The notes: generated by a model not told the origin, from the letters alone. A stretch of 64,000 bases of DNA from Gammaproteobacteria bacterium (GCA_965243205.1 CBDEUK010000002.1:1920001-1984000); one strand, 5' to 3'; counted from the stretch's first letter, positions 1 to 10,175 are shown. Numbers and translations are program-made.

Positions 1-793
1 GTTCAGCGGTAGTAAAATTTTGAGGACTACTTGAAAGGATGTTAGGAATGATTTGATTATCTGCAATATGGTTTGGATAGTAGCCACGCCAAATATCTAT
101 TTCACTTTCTAAATTTTGACGGTTGTTTTTATTGGTTTTAGCAATGATGGTCAAATCAATCCAACTTTGAGATTTTGCATCAACAGTTTGTTTTAAACTT
201 TGTAAATTTTCTATGGGTAATGAATTAAGATCATTCCATAATTGCTGATTATCAATGTTCGGTTCGGAATTTACATCGCTAATAGAATATGCGATTAATC
301 GTTCTTCGATCGAATTATCAATTAAACCTAAGTTTTGATAGGCTTTAGAGCGAGTTTCATAAAAAGCGACTTGAAGTGAAATAGGAGTTTGTTCATTCGG
401 CAAACCTTGCAATAAATCGAGTGCTTGTTCAGCTTGTCTTTCAGATATAGCAATTCTGGCTAGAATAATATTTTTTTGTAAGTTTTGAACGGGTGAATTT
501 GAAGGGTCAATTTCAGTTTCACTAAGAATTAATTTAGCATTGATTAAATCATTGGCCTCAAAGAAAGCGGTTGCCGCTTTTAATCGGTAGGCCATGGTAT
601 TTTCAGGATAATTGGTTGCTAATCGTAAATATTCAGTGGCGGCTTGATCATACTGACCTTGTTCCATTAACGATTTTGCTGTGACTTCAATGGTTGGATC
701 TTCTACAGGAGCAGGCTTTGTTGTCGTGCCAGCTCCACAAGCAGTCAACCCAAATAATAAAAGAAGAAGTAAAATACGATTTCGATTAGCCAT
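1..793 (-). CDS. lpoA: Penicillin-binding protein activator LpoA/LppC lipoprotein (N-terminal part; runs off the window start)
   Basis: Not in the ORF track. Reading from CAT at 791-793 gives MANRNRILLLLLFGLTACGAGTTTKPAPVEDP..., with lipobox LTAC and helical TPR-like segments. It is divergent from rsmI, the usual yraM/yraL arrangement. Confidence 0.8.
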   Translation of the reverse strand, partial: MANRNRILLLLLLFGLTACGAGTTTKPAPVEDPTIEVTAKSLMEQGQYDQAATEYLRLATNYPENTMAYRLKAATAFFEANDLINAKLILSETEIDPSNSPVQNLQKNIILARIAISERQAEQALDLLQGLPNEQTPISLQVAFYETRSKAYQNLGLIDNSIEERLIAYSISDVNSEPNIDNQQLWNDLNSLPIENLQSLKQTVDAKSQSWIDLTIIAKTNKNNRQNLESEIDIWRGYYPNHIADNQIIPNILSSSPQNFTTAE

Positions 794-828
794 AAGTTTT
801 TATATTTTTAGAGTAAGCAGAGGTTCAT

Positions 829-1683
829 ATGAGTCGTCAATCAGGTAAGTTATACATTGTATCGACGCCCATCGGTAATTTAGATGATATAACACTCCGT
901 GCGATTAATATTCTTAAATCAGTGGATCTTATACTGGCTGAAGATACTCGGCACAGCAAAAAGCTACTGAATCATATCGGTTCTAATAAGCCAGTAAAAG
1001 CTTATCATGATCATAATGAACGAGAAACTGGTCAGCAATTTATTGATAGACTGCTTCAGGGGAATCAGGTTGCATTAATTTCAGATGCAGGAACCCCGTT
1101 GATTAATGACCCAGGTTATCATTTGGTTTCATTAGCACATGAAAAACAAATTCAAGTTGTACCTATTCCAGGACCGTGTGCTTTAGTAGCTGCCCTATCA
1201 AGCTCTGGGCTAGCAACCGATAAATTCAGCTTTTTTGGGTTTGTACCGTCTAAAGCGAAAGAGCGCAAAGAGTTTTATAAACATTTTAGAGAAAACATTG
1301 AGACGTTAGTTTTTTATGAGTCTACTCATCGTATTTTGGACTCAGTCCATGATGCGGTTGAGGTCTTCGGTGCTGATAGAGAAGCTTGTATAGCAAGAGA
1401 ATTGACCAAGCACTACGAGGATATTCATCTTGCACCTTTAGGAAAGCTTGCTGATAGGTTAATACAAACACCCGAAAAACAAAAAGGTGAGTTCGTTATA
1501 ATAATTAATGGAGCTAGTTGGATTGATTCTGATCCTGAGCTACTTGAATCTAAACGGATATTAGAGGTTTTGCTTGAACAATTGCCTACCAAGCAGGCAA
1601 GTGAACTTACGGCTAAAATTACAGGACAAAAAAAGAATCAGTTATATCAGTTAGCACTATCCATTGTTGCTGATAAAGAATGA
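829..1683 (+). CDS. rsmI: 16S rRNA (cytidine1402-2'-O)-methyltransferase
   Basis: Motifs LYIVSTPIGNLDDIT, AEDTR, SDAGTPLINDPG, ARELTK. Confidence 0.97.
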   Translation: MSRQSGKLYIVSTPIGNLDDITLRAINILKSVDLILAEDTRHSKKLLNHIGSNKPVKAYHDHNERETGQQFIDRLLQGNQVALISDAGTPLINDPGYHLVSLAHEKQIQVVPIPGPCALVAALSSSGLATDKFSFFGFVPSKAKERKEFYKHFRENIETLVFYESTHRILDSVHDAVEVFGADREACIARELTKHYEDIHLAPLGKLADRLIQTPEKQKGEFVIIINGASWIDSDPELLESKRILEVLLEQLPTKQASELTAKITGQKKNQLYQLALSIVADKE

Positions 1684-1696
1684 AAGAGATAAAACT

Positions 1697-2110
1697 ATGA
1701 TTACTTATGCGTATTGGTTTTTAGTCTTAGTGCTTATTAGTACAACAGTCTTTTTTATCGGTATTCGCTTAGATGCCTGGAAGCAAACGTTTATTTTGTC
1801 AGGTCTAATATTAATTGTTGCCTGGGCAGCGTATTATTTTCACTTTGAGCAGATGTTTGTGAAGAAATGGGGTGGAGTAATGGCAATTACGGTTCCAAAA
1901 GGCCAATATCACATACATACTACATGGAAAGATGAAAATCTGTGGGTAGAAAATTACGACCCGGAAACAAATACCTGTATTTTCAGTGAGTATTCTAAAG
2001 GCAATTTACTACAAGGCCGCGTTCACATTAAAAACTGTAATCCTCTCTTTTTCACCGACTCTGAAAGTGAGCTTAAAATAAATAGTTTGATTTCAGAGCC
2101 TACTCAATGA
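1697..2110 (+). CDS. Hypothetical membrane protein (2 TM segments plus a soluble beta domain)
   Basis: Track ORF 1664..2110; ATG 1697 is the likelier start. Two hydrophobic segments, then WGGVMAITVPKG...TWKDENLW. Confidence 0.7.
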   Translation: MITYAYWFLVLVLISTTVFFIGIRLDAWKQTFILSGLILIVAWAAYYFHFEQMFVKKWGGVMAITVPKGQYHIHTTWKDENLWVENYDPETNTCIFSEYSKGNLLQGRVHIKNCNPLFFTDSESELKINSLISEPTQ

Positions 2111-2162
2111 AGTTATCGTTTTTAACTTGTAATTCTTATAGTTAGTCACTAAGTTACTAAGC

Positions 2163-2508
2163 GAGAGTTGGCCAGATAATCGCTGTTAGCCTTGAGTTAG
2201 CAGAGGAAAGTCCGGGCTCCATAGGACAGAGTGCCAGATAACGTCTGGGCGATGTAAATCGACGGCTAGTGCAACAGAAAAGATACCGCCTTTTTTCCTA
2301 AAAAGGTAAGGGTGAAATGGTGCGGTAAGAGCGCACCGCGGAACGGGTAACCGGTACGGCAGGGTAAACCCCACTCGGAGCAAGGCCAAATAGGGATCCT
2401 ACAGGTGTGGTCCGCACTGGATCCGGGTAGGCTGCTTGAGGCACATGGCGACATGTGCCCTAGATGAATGATTATCCATGACAGAACCCGGCTTATCGGC
2501 TGACTCTC
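2163..2508 (+). ncRNA. rnpB: RNase P RNA (bacterial type A)
   Basis: P1 arms GAGAGTTGGC / GCTGACTCTC. Conserved GAGGAAAGTCCGGGCTCC, AGTGCAACAGAAA, GGTAAACCCCACTCGGAGCAAGGCCAAATAG and ACAGAACCCGGCTTA. Lies downstream of rsmI as usual. Confidence 0.97.
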
Positions 2509-2511
2509 TCC

Positions 2512-2652
2512 TTAAAATATTTTATCAACGTCAATGTCTGCACGGTAGTCAAATGGGTTTGCATTACTTTCACCATTTAAAATTAATCCCGTCATGACTA
2601 ATATCCCTGTTAGTAATACAACTCCTGCAAGGGCAATTATTTTCTTTTTCAT
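2512..2652 (-). CDS. Small 46-aa protein with signal peptide or single TM segment
   Basis: Read by hand: MKKKIIALAGVVLLTGILVMTGLILNGESNANPFDYRADIDVDKIF*. It is below the ORF-track length cutoff. Confidence 0.55.
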   Translation of the reverse strand: MKKKIIALAGVVLLTGILVMTGLILNGESNANPFDYRADIDVDKIF

Positions 2653-2798
2653 ATTTAGCACCATATTTAGTAGATATTAAATATTATGCTATATATATGC
2701 CAATTATAATTTTATATAAAAAACTTTATATTAATCAATAATATATAGTTTTGTGAACCAGTTTTAATTCTATTTTACGTCTTTTAATAGAGACGATT

Positions 2799-3902
2799 TT
2801 ATTGGTGATTATTAGATAGCTCACCAGCTTGAACATGGATAGTCGAAGTTGGAAATGCACATTCAGCATCATGTTTAGAGATAATCTCAATAATCTTTAA
2901 CATAACATCTTGTTTTACCTCATGGTATCTAACCCAGTTCGTGGTTTTGGTCATTGTATAGATGAAGAAATCCAATGAAGAGGGAGCGAATTTATTAAAA
3001 TTCACTATTAAAGTTTGGCTGGTATCTATTTCATCATGATTCTGTAGCATTTCTTTAACATCGTTGACGATATCAGACATCTTTTCGGCATCATCATAAC
3101 GAATACCAATGGTTTCATGGATGCGACGATGACTCATGCGGGATGGGTTTTGCACGGCTATATTGGCGAACACAGAGTTAGGAACATACAAGGGGCGTTT
3201 ATCAAAGGTTCGAATCGTCGTTAAGCGCCAACCAATATTTTCTACTGTTCCTTCTATTTCTCTATCAGGGGAACGAATCCAATCTCCTACTTTAAACGGT
3301 CTGTCTAAATAGATCATTAGACCGCCAAAAAAGTTTGCGAGTAAATCTTTGGCAGCAAAACCAATAGCAATACCCCCAATTCCACCGAATGCTAATAAAC
3401 CTGAAATACTGTAACCAAGTTTTTGTAAGATAATGAGCAAAGCCGTAATAATGACTGAAGCTCGAAACAGCTTAGAGATAGCATCGACAGTAGTGTAATC
3501 AAGAGGTTTGCCATTTTTAATCCCGTCCTGAATTAATTGAGTTTTTGCTGTAGCAATAAAGCGGATAAAAAACCAAGTGATGCAAACAATGATGCCAACA
3601 TCTTTGATTGTATCCACGATCAACAAAAGAGATTCGTTATCTGTATTTCTGTAGGCAATTTTAATCGCTAAGCTAATGCCTAAAACCCATATTAAAAGTC
3701 TTAAAGGTTTGCTGAGCGAATAGAATAAAATGTAATCCCAAATGTTATCGGTCTGTCCAAATTTATTAACTAATTTTTTAAATACGATCCTTATCACTAA
3801 ATTTAGAGTCATTGTTAGAAGAACAACGATGAATATTTTTAATACCCATGACTCGTTCGAAAAATATTCTAAGTATTTATTAATTGTTTCTTGTTCAGGC
3901 AT
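2799..3902 (-). CDS. Small-conductance mechanosensitive channel, MscS family (YnaI-like)
   Basis: GGIGGIAIGFAAKDLLANFFGG, DRPFKVGDWI, GTVENIGWRLTTIRTFD, VPNS. Confidence 0.93.
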   Translation of the reverse strand: MPEQETINKYLEYFSNESWVLKIFIVVLLTMTLNLVIRIVFKKLVNKFGQTDNIWDYILFYSLSKPLRLLIWVLGISLAIKIAYRNTDNESLLLIVDTIKDVGIIVCITWFFIRFIATAKTQLIQDGIKNGKPLDYTTVDAISKLFRASVIITALLIILQKLGYSISGLLAFGGIGGIAIGFAAKDLLANFFGGLMIYLDRPFKVGDWIRSPDREIEGTVENIGWRLTTIRTFDKRPLYVPNSVFANIAVQNPSRMSHRRIHETIGIRYDDAEKMSDIVNDVKEMLQNHDEIDTSQTLIVNFNKFAPSSLDFFIYTMTKTTNWVRYHEVKQDVMLKIIEIISKHDAECAFPTSTIHVQAGELSNNHQ

Positions 3903-3930
3903 AAAGATAAACCAAACGTCTATAATAAAA

Positions 3931-4854
3931 TTAATGGATAGGAGTTAATTTATAACCCTGTTGTTTGAGTAAGGCAACTACTCCTTGTTTGCCAACTAAA
4001 TGTAAACTTCCTATGGCAATGAAATTAGAGGTATCGTTTAAATTATCAATGATATTTTTTACCATATTATGATTACGTACGTTCACCAGTTGTTCGTATA
4101 ATTGTTGGTAAAGTTGTTCATTAATAATGGAATATTTATTTGCTGCTTTGACTACATTAAGTAAATCGTTATTAACGTAAAAATCAATCACAGTATTCAA
4201 ATCGTTTTGAATAGTTTGATAATGACAAACAGAATCAAATAAAAGATGCGTTTGTTGATGATGATTGAGGTTATCAAAAACCGCCAGTTGTTGTTCCATC
4301 GTTTCAAGTCCTTTGAGTTGTTTATTCTGTTGGCGGGCGATTTCGAGTAATTTTAGATCAAGAATAGTTCCATTATTTTCTGGGTAATTCATGACTAAAT
4401 ACGCTGCCCAAGGCTGCATCAACTTTACATATTGTTCAGGAATATTATACAAAGCAAGAATGCGTGCCATTTTATTCATTACATCAGGTTCTACGTATTC
4501 AAGAAGTAATTGGTCATTAGCAGAAAACATTCGTTGACTTAATTGTATTTCTAATTCAGGCGTTAATAATAACTCAAGAATAAATTGATCAGAATTTTGC
4601 AATGCGTTTAAAACATTTTCGGGTATATCTAAAACTCTCGGGTCACTGGAATGCATCGTGCCATATAGATAACTGGTTTTATAACCTTGTTTTTCGATTT
4701 TCCAAAACAACGAATCGCTATTTTGAGTATCAATATCTTCAGTATGATTCAGTATGAATGCCTTACAGTTGTTTAAAGAAAATTTTTGATCTGCGTTAAC
4801 AAGGCATGAAATAAAACAAAAAATGAGTACTGAATAAAATTTAAGATAATTCAT
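3931..4854 (-). CDS. TraB/GumN family protein (exported)
   Basis: Signal peptide; SYLYGTMH, GLETMEQQL, RNHNM, FIAIGSLHLVGKQGVVALL. Confidence 0.9.
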   Translation of the reverse strand: MNYLKFYSVLIFCFISCLVNADQKFSLNNCKAFILNHTEDIDTQNSDSLFWKIEKQGYKTSYLYGTMHSSDPRVLDIPENVLNALQNSDQFILELLLTPELEIQLSQRMFSANDQLLLEYVEPDVMNKMARILALYNIPEQYVKLMQPWAAYLVMNYPENNGTILDLKLLEIARQQNKQLKGLETMEQQLAVFDNLNHHQQTHLLFDSVCHYQTIQNDLNTVIDFYVNNDLLNVVKAANKYSIINEQLYQQLYEQLVNVRNHNMVKNIIDNLNDTSNFIAIGSLHLVGKQGVVALLKQQGYKLTPIH

Positions 4855-5905
4855 TATCGCCTAGATCCAATTCTGGTGTTTTGACTAAATCATTCATATC
4901 TCGACTAGCCTGTTTCCATTTGTCTGAACAACAGAGTGCTTGTAAATCAGAGGTGTTTTTACGATTTGCTCGCATGCGCATAAGACGAGAATGGCTAGAA
5001 GGATTCGGTGTATACTCTAACTGTTCTAACACTTTCACTGCTTCTGATTGTTGATTGCAGATTAATGCCATATCACAACCTGCGGAAAGAGCGGCCCTGG
5101 TTCTATCAAGATAATCACCAACGACTTCTGCACCAGTCATACTTAAATCATCACTAAATATGACGCCATTAAAACTTAATTGTTGGCGTAAGATGGTTTG
5201 TAACCAAAATGTTGAAAACCCAGCGGGTAATTTATCGATATTGGGATAAATTACATGTGCTGGCATGATAGCGCTTAGGTTTGCCAAGATTACATTTTCA
5301 AATGGTCTGATGTCAGACATCTGTATATCTTCAAATCTACGCCCATCACGAGGGATCTCGATATGCGAATCTTCTTTGACGGAACCATGACCTGGGAAAT
5401 GTTTTCCTACGGCAGACATTCCGGCTTGATTCATACCCTTGATATACAATTTTGCAAGTAATGAGATGATGTCAGGATCATGGTGAAAAGCTCTATCGCC
5501 GATTACTTGGCTAACACCTTTATACAAATCCAATACAGGAGCGAAACTAAAATCGATACCAACGGCGAGTAATTCAGATGCCATAAGCCATCCAGCCGTT
5601 GTTGCAAGTTCTTTGGCTTTTGCTTGATCGTTATCAAATATTTCCCCTATTTGGTGAGATGCAGGTAATAGCGTAAATCCCTTACGAAATCGTTGTACTC
5701 TACCCCCCTCTTGATCTACAGCGATTAATATAGGGCTTTCTTTTGCATTGCGAATGGACTTACAAAGCTGAGTTATTTGTTCAGGTGATTCATAATTTCT
5801 GGAAAATAATATGACGCCACCTACTAAAGGGTGTTGGATAATTTCGTGCTCGTCTGATTGTAACTCAATCTCACGAACATCTAGCATGATGGGTCCAAAA
5901 GTCAT
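4841..5905 (-). CDS. nagZ: Beta-N-acetylhexosaminidase (GH3)
   Basis: DQEGGRVQR, SFAPVLD, KHFPGHGSVKEDSH, FSDDLSM. Confidence 0.95.
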   Translation of the reverse strand: MTFGPIMLDVREIELQSDEHEIIQHPLVGGVILFSRNYESPEQITQLCKSIRNAKESPILIAVDQEGGRVQRFRKGFTLLPASHQIGEIFDNDQAKAKELATTAGWLMASELLAVGIDFSFAPVLDLYKGVSQVIGDRAFHHDPDIISLLAKLYIKGMNQAGMSAVGKHFPGHGSVKEDSHIEIPRDGRRFEDIQMSDIRPFENVILANLSAIMPAHVIYPNIDKLPAGFSTFWLQTILRQQLSFNGVIFSDDLSMTGAEVVGDYLDRTRAALSAGCDMALICNQQSEAVKVLEQLEYTPNPSSHSRLMRMRANRKNTSDLQALCCSDKWKQASRDMNDLVKTPELDLGDNELS

Positions 5906-6043
5906 TTGATATCTATTTTTGTAATAAATTTTTAGTTATTTGAATAAGCATTATTATATCCATAAAAATAATGGTTTATCTTTGAATTTAAGATACGGCA
6001 TAATGACGAATCTGTATATGGATAAACGAATTACTGAATAAAA

Positions 6044-6523
6044 ATGTATGATTTTAAAAATATAGACGAGGATGGTTTTACTTTGGGAGATTTGGCGTTG
6101 TCTGTCATGAGTGCCGCTGTGCGGTTATTTGGTTTTGCATTGATGTTATTTGGACTTTGGGTTGCCTTCATGGTGATGTGGGAAGCTTTAGATTTATATG
6201 AAGATCCTATACGTATTGAGCAATTAGCAACACATATAGAACAAGGTTCGAATGTAGATGCAAGTCTGTCGAATGTTTCAAGTGAGTTAGTGAACAAATC
6301 AAGCGCTGAGACTACTCAGGCTAACAAATCGAATAAGAATAAAAATAAAGATATTCGTGTTTCTTATTTTTTCGCATGGGCTATAGCTTTATTATTATTA
6401 CTGTTAATCGCTAGGATTGCTTTAGGAGCGATTAAAACAGGTGGTGAATTAGTTTTATACGATGTTCAGATAAAACGTTTTGCAAAAGAATTAGCAAAAG
6501 AATCAATGAGAATACAAAAATAG
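6044..6523 (+). CDS. Hypothetical membrane protein (2 TM segments)
   Basis: 159-aa ORF with two hydrophobic helices; no family recognised. Confidence 0.7.
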   Translation: MYDFKNIDEDGFTLGDLALSVMSAAVRLFGFALMLFGLWVAFMVMWEALDLYEDPIRIEQLATHIEQGSNVDASLSNVSSELVNKSSAETTQANKSNKNKNKDIRVSYFFAWAIALLLLLLIARIALGAIKTGGELVLYDVQIKRFAKELAKESMRIQK

Positions 6524-6599
6524 ATTTTTTAAATAGGATTCTTTGTCTAGTTTTATAAATTGTTAAGATCCATCAAAAATAACTCATCTAGGAATCAAC

Positions 6600-7508
6600 A
6601 TGGCAGGTAACAGCGCATCATTTAAAGCAATTCTTTATGCATTTTTCGCAAATTTAGGTTTGGCTATCGCAAAAACAGCGGCATCAATTTATACCGGTTC
6701 AGGCAGTATGATGGCCGAGGCAATACATTCCTATGCTGATTGCACCAATCAACTTTTATTATTCTTAGGTTTAAAACAATCACAAAAACCCGCGACTAAG
6801 GAACACCCTTTAGGTTTTGGTAAAGCAACTTATTTTTGGAGTTTCATTGTAGCCATTATGCTGTTCAGTATGGGTGGTTTGTATTCGGTGTATGAAGGTG
6901 TACATAAACTGGATCATCATGAGCCAATTACGATGGCCTGGGTCGCATTATTAGTGCTTGGTGTTGGCATTGTCTTGGAAGGCTTTAGTTTGGTTGGTGC
7001 TTTAAAAGAAATAAAAAAATTACGTGGTGAAGAACCGTTTTGGAAATGGTTTTCTGAAACACGAAATGCTGAGCTTGTGGTTATTCTTGGAGAAGATGCT
7101 GCAGCGACATTGGGTTTGGCAATTGCTTTTATCTTCGTATCGCTAGCTGCCATTACTGGTAATTCGATGTACGATGCCATCGGCTCGATTTGTATAGGAA
7201 TTATTCTACTGTTTGTTTCTGTTTTTATAGCGCTTCGTGTAATGAAGTTAATCCTTGGACGTTCTGTTGAGCCTGAACTGGAAGCATTACTAAATTCAAT
7301 CATTGATAATGATGATAGTATCGAGAAGATATTAAATACAATGACCATGCATTTTGGCCCTGATGTGATGTTAGCGGCTAAGGTTAAAATGAAAGCAGGT
7401 TTATCGATTGAAGAGACTGTTAAACAGATTAATGAATTAGAAGAAGAAATAGAACGTCAAGCGCCTATGGTTAAATGGACATTTGTGGAACCTGATATTA
7501 AAGATTAA
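6600..7508 (+). CDS. Cation diffusion facilitator family transporter
   Basis: AEAIHSYAD, HPLGFGK, EDAAA and a C-terminal dimerisation domain ending FVEPD. Confidence 0.92.
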   Translation: MAGNSASFKAILYAFFANLGLAIAKTAASIYTGSGSMMAEAIHSYADCTNQLLLFLGLKQSQKPATKEHPLGFGKATYFWSFIVAIMLFSMGGLYSVYEGVHKLDHHEPITMAWVALLVLGVGIVLEGFSLVGALKEIKKLRGEEPFWKWFSETRNAELVVILGEDAAATLGLAIAFIFVSLAAITGNSMYDAIGSICIGIILLFVSVFIALRVMKLILGRSVEPELEALLNSIIDNDDSIEKILNTMTMHFGPDVMLAAKVKMKAGLSIEETVKQINELEEEIERQAPMVKWTFVEPDIKD

Positions 7509-7620
7509 TATAAAACTATCGATATATTTATATATCAGTTATAGTTTATCTAGATATTACAGAATTGTTTTTTAGTAAAACGCTACAATTTTAAAAACAA
7601 TAGTTAATACAGGTTTTTTA

Positions 7621-8598
7621 ATGTCTAATAGTCCTATACCAGACAATGAATCTGAACGAATAGCTAAATTGCTGGCTTTAGATATTCTCGATACGTCACC
7701 AGAACAGATATATGATGATATAACTAAGGCTGCATCCATTGCTCTGGATATGCCTATCAGTCTCGTATCATTAGTTGATACGGATCGACAATGGTTTAAA
7801 TCAAAAGTCGGTTTGGATATTGATGAGACTTCACGTGAGGTCGCTTTCTGCGCTCATGCAGTTTATTCAGGAAGGCCTTTAGTCATAGAGAACGCAAAAC
7901 AAGACGAGCGCTTTAAAGATAATCCTCTTGTTACATCAGATAAAATTGGTTCTTATTTAGGCATGCCGTTAAATATTTCTGATGATATTTGTTTAGGTAC
8001 GCTATGCGTTATCAGCCCAGAGGCTAAAGAGTTTACTCAAAAAGAACTAGAAATACTCTCTCGTTTGCGTAATGTTCTTATGCAAGTACTTAAGCATAAA
8101 GAAGAGTCTTTATCAGATTTTCTCACAGGTGCTTTTAACCGAAGAATGTTCCATAAAATTGGTAAGAAGTTTATCTCTTCTTTCAATCGTGATGGACAAG
8201 CTTTTTGTCTTATCTCCATCGATGTAGATAATTTTAAATCTATTAATGATACGTATGGACATGATTTAGGCGATGAAATCCTCTCTACTGTCTGTAAGCA
8301 TATTGAAAGCGCTCTTAGAGAAGATGATTATTTATTTCGTCTAGGGGGTGAAGAGTTTGCAGTATTAGCACCGATAAGTAATAAAGATATTGCTATTACA
8401 TTGGCAGATAGAATTCGTAAAGCAATAGAAAAATTTGATCTTACCTATGGTGGTACTTATATTAATCCGACTATTTCTTGTGGTGTTTGTTATTACAATA
8501 AAAAATATACGGATATAAAAGCAGCATTAATTGTTGCTGATGATGCTATGTACAAAGCTAAAAGACAGGGAAAAAACAAGGTGGTTGCAGTAGACTAG
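7621..8598 (+). CDS. GAF-sensor diguanylate cyclase
   Basis: GAF domain (RQWFKS, FCAHA, DERFKDNPLV, GTLCV) plus GGEEF with an upstream RxxD I-site (REDD). Confidence 0.93.
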   Translation: MSNSPIPDNESERIAKLLALDILDTSPEQIYDDITKAASIALDMPISLVSLVDTDRQWFKSKVGLDIDETSREVAFCAHAVYSGRPLVIENAKQDERFKDNPLVTSDKIGSYLGMPLNISDDICLGTLCVISPEAKEFTQKELEILSRLRNVLMQVLKHKEESLSDFLTGAFNRRMFHKIGKKFISSFNRDGQAFCLISIDVDNFKSINDTYGHDLGDEILSTVCKHIESALREDDYLFRLGGEEFAVLAPISNKDIAITLADRIRKAIEKFDLTYGGTYINPTISCGVCYYNKKYTDIKAALIVADDAMYKAKRQGKNKVVAVD

Positions 8599-9339
8599 CT
8601 AAAAATTATCTTTCTGTTTCCTGTAGTTTGCAAATTCACTTGCTGTGTTAGCCAATAAAAAAGGGTTCGTCGTTTTATCTTCTCCAAGGATAAAAGGTAT
8701 CGTTGGTAGTTTTTGTTTTCTTAAACTAACTATTTTTTTATAACGTTCCTTAAATTTATCAGTTTGTAAATTTAAACTGATAATGAAATCAGCGTTTGCT
8801 TCCGTGTATTCATGAGCACAATGAACAGTAATGTCATCAGGAAGTGATTTTATTTTAGCAAGTGACGCAAACATCTGTTCTGCGGAACCCTCGAACAATC
8901 GGCCACACCCTAAAGCAAACAATGTATCACCAACAAATAATAATTTTTGTTGTTCAAAGTAATAAATAATATGGCCTAGAGTATGACCAGGGGTTTCGAA
9001 TACCGTGGTTATATGATCTCCAATATTAATGTGATCGCCTTCTTTTACCGTTTGTGTGATGCCAGGCGTACGATGTTTATCGTATTCAGATGCAATAATT
9101 TCACAATCGTATTTTTCTTTTAATTGCAGATTGCCACCAACATGATCCATATGGTTGTGAGTATTGAGAATTTTTGTCAGTCCCCATTCTTTTATCTGTA
9201 ATTGTTTATCAATTTCATTGGCATCAGGCGTGTCAATACAAGCAGTTTCAAGGCTTATAGGATCATGAATTAGAAAGCCATAGTTATCTTCTAAACAAGG
9301 AAAGGTATGGACGATGAGATCATTTGTTATACTATTCAT
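8599..9339 (-). CDS. gloB: Hydroxyacylglutathione hydrolase (glyoxalase II)
   Basis: THNHMDHVGG, TPGHTLGH, GDTLFALGCGRLFEG, CAHEYT, NPFL. Start placed at ATG 9339 rather than the track's 9396. Confidence 0.92.
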   Translation of the reverse strand: MNSITNDLIVHTFPCLEDNYGFLIHDPISLETACIDTPDANEIDKQLQIKEWGLTKILNTHNHMDHVGGNLQLKEKYDCEIIASEYDKHRTPGITQTVKEGDHINIGDHITTVFETPGHTLGHIIYYFEQQKLLFVGDTLFALGCGRLFEGSAEQMFASLAKIKSLPDDITVHCAHEYTEANADFIISLNLQTDKFKERYKKIVSLRKQKLPTIPFILGEDKTTNPFLLANTASEFANYRKQKDNF

Positions 9340-9675
9340 ATGCCTTGTTATAGCTACTTTTGCGAAGCAAATCAAAAACTCGTTTTGGTCGATCATCCAA
9401 TGGATACAGTTTTAACGACCTGGGGCGAAGTTTGTTATGTTAAACAAATACCAATTGAAGGTGATCCGCTAGCGCCCGTCAAAAAGATTATTACACCCCC
9501 GAATATATCGGTAACACCTTCCAATTCAGAGCTTAAGTCACTTGGGTTTACCAAATTGGTAAAAAGAGACGAGGGCGTTTATGAAAACGTCACGGCCTTA
9601 GATCATGAATCACGTTATATGAAGGCGGGTGATAAAGAAACTATTCCTGATTTAAAATCTAAGATCTCTGATTAA
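9340..9675 (+). CDS. FmdB-like zinc-ribbon domain protein
   Basis: Begins MPCYSYFC (MPxYxYxC pattern); C-terminal GFTKLVKRDEGVYENV. The track ORF starts at 9307. Confidence 0.75.
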   Translation: MPCYSYFCEANQKLVLVDHPMDTVLTTWGEVCYVKQIPIEGDPLAPVKKIITPPNISVTPSNSELKSLGFTKLVKRDEGVYENVTALDHESRYMKAGDKETIPDLKSKISD

Positions 9676-9936
9676 CTATTTGATAAACAAACTGAATAAA
9701 AATTGTTCAATATAAAACCAGATAAATAACCTTGTTTTTAGCTGATTAGATCCTATGCTTATAGATGAGAGCATGAAGTATTTAATCTATTCAACCTTTA
9801 GAAACATGTTGATTTATTTAAGTCAGCACGTTTTTATTTTTGCTTTAATTTCTCACACCTTTCTAGTTTCCTGTTATAGGAAGCTGCTTGCGATAGTTCT
9901 TTTCACATTATCACGTCAACACTCATTGGAGGTTCT

Positions 9937-10158
9937 ATGTTCGAAAACCAACAGAATATTGTTAAATCCTTATTACAAGAAGATAAAGATTTCTCGAGGC
10001 TGTATAGCAAACATTGCGAATTAAAAGATAAAATTAATCTTGCTAATCAAGGCAAAGAAGCAATGGATGATTTGATTCTTGATCAGTTAAAAAAACAAAA
10101 ACTCTCACTAAAAGACCAAATGGCAAATATTATTTATAATTATCAACATAGCCATTAA
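9937..10158 (+). CDS. YdcH/DUF465 family small coiled-coil protein
   Basis: MFE...FSRLYSKHCELKDKI...LKKQKLSLKDQM, preceded by a GGAGG Shine-Dalgarno. Confidence 0.85.
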   Translation: MFENQQNIVKSLLQEDKDFSRLYSKHCELKDKINLANQGKEAMDDLILDQLKKQKLSLKDQMANIIYNYQHSH

Positions 10159-10175
10159 CTAAAATACTTCATAGT

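Noticed and set aside
2186-2454. Two short minus-strand ORFs in the track
   Set aside because: They are antisense shadows of the GC-rich rnpB RNA gene.
2653-2798. Very AT-rich, partly self-complementary spacer as an origin or sRNA
   Set aside because: No DnaA-box cluster or stable structure; it is consistent with ordinary promoter DNA in an AT-rich genome.
9755-10024. 89-aa ORF overlapping the DUF465 gene
   Set aside because: It has no recognisable features and overlaps a better-supported gene that has a GGAGG SD.
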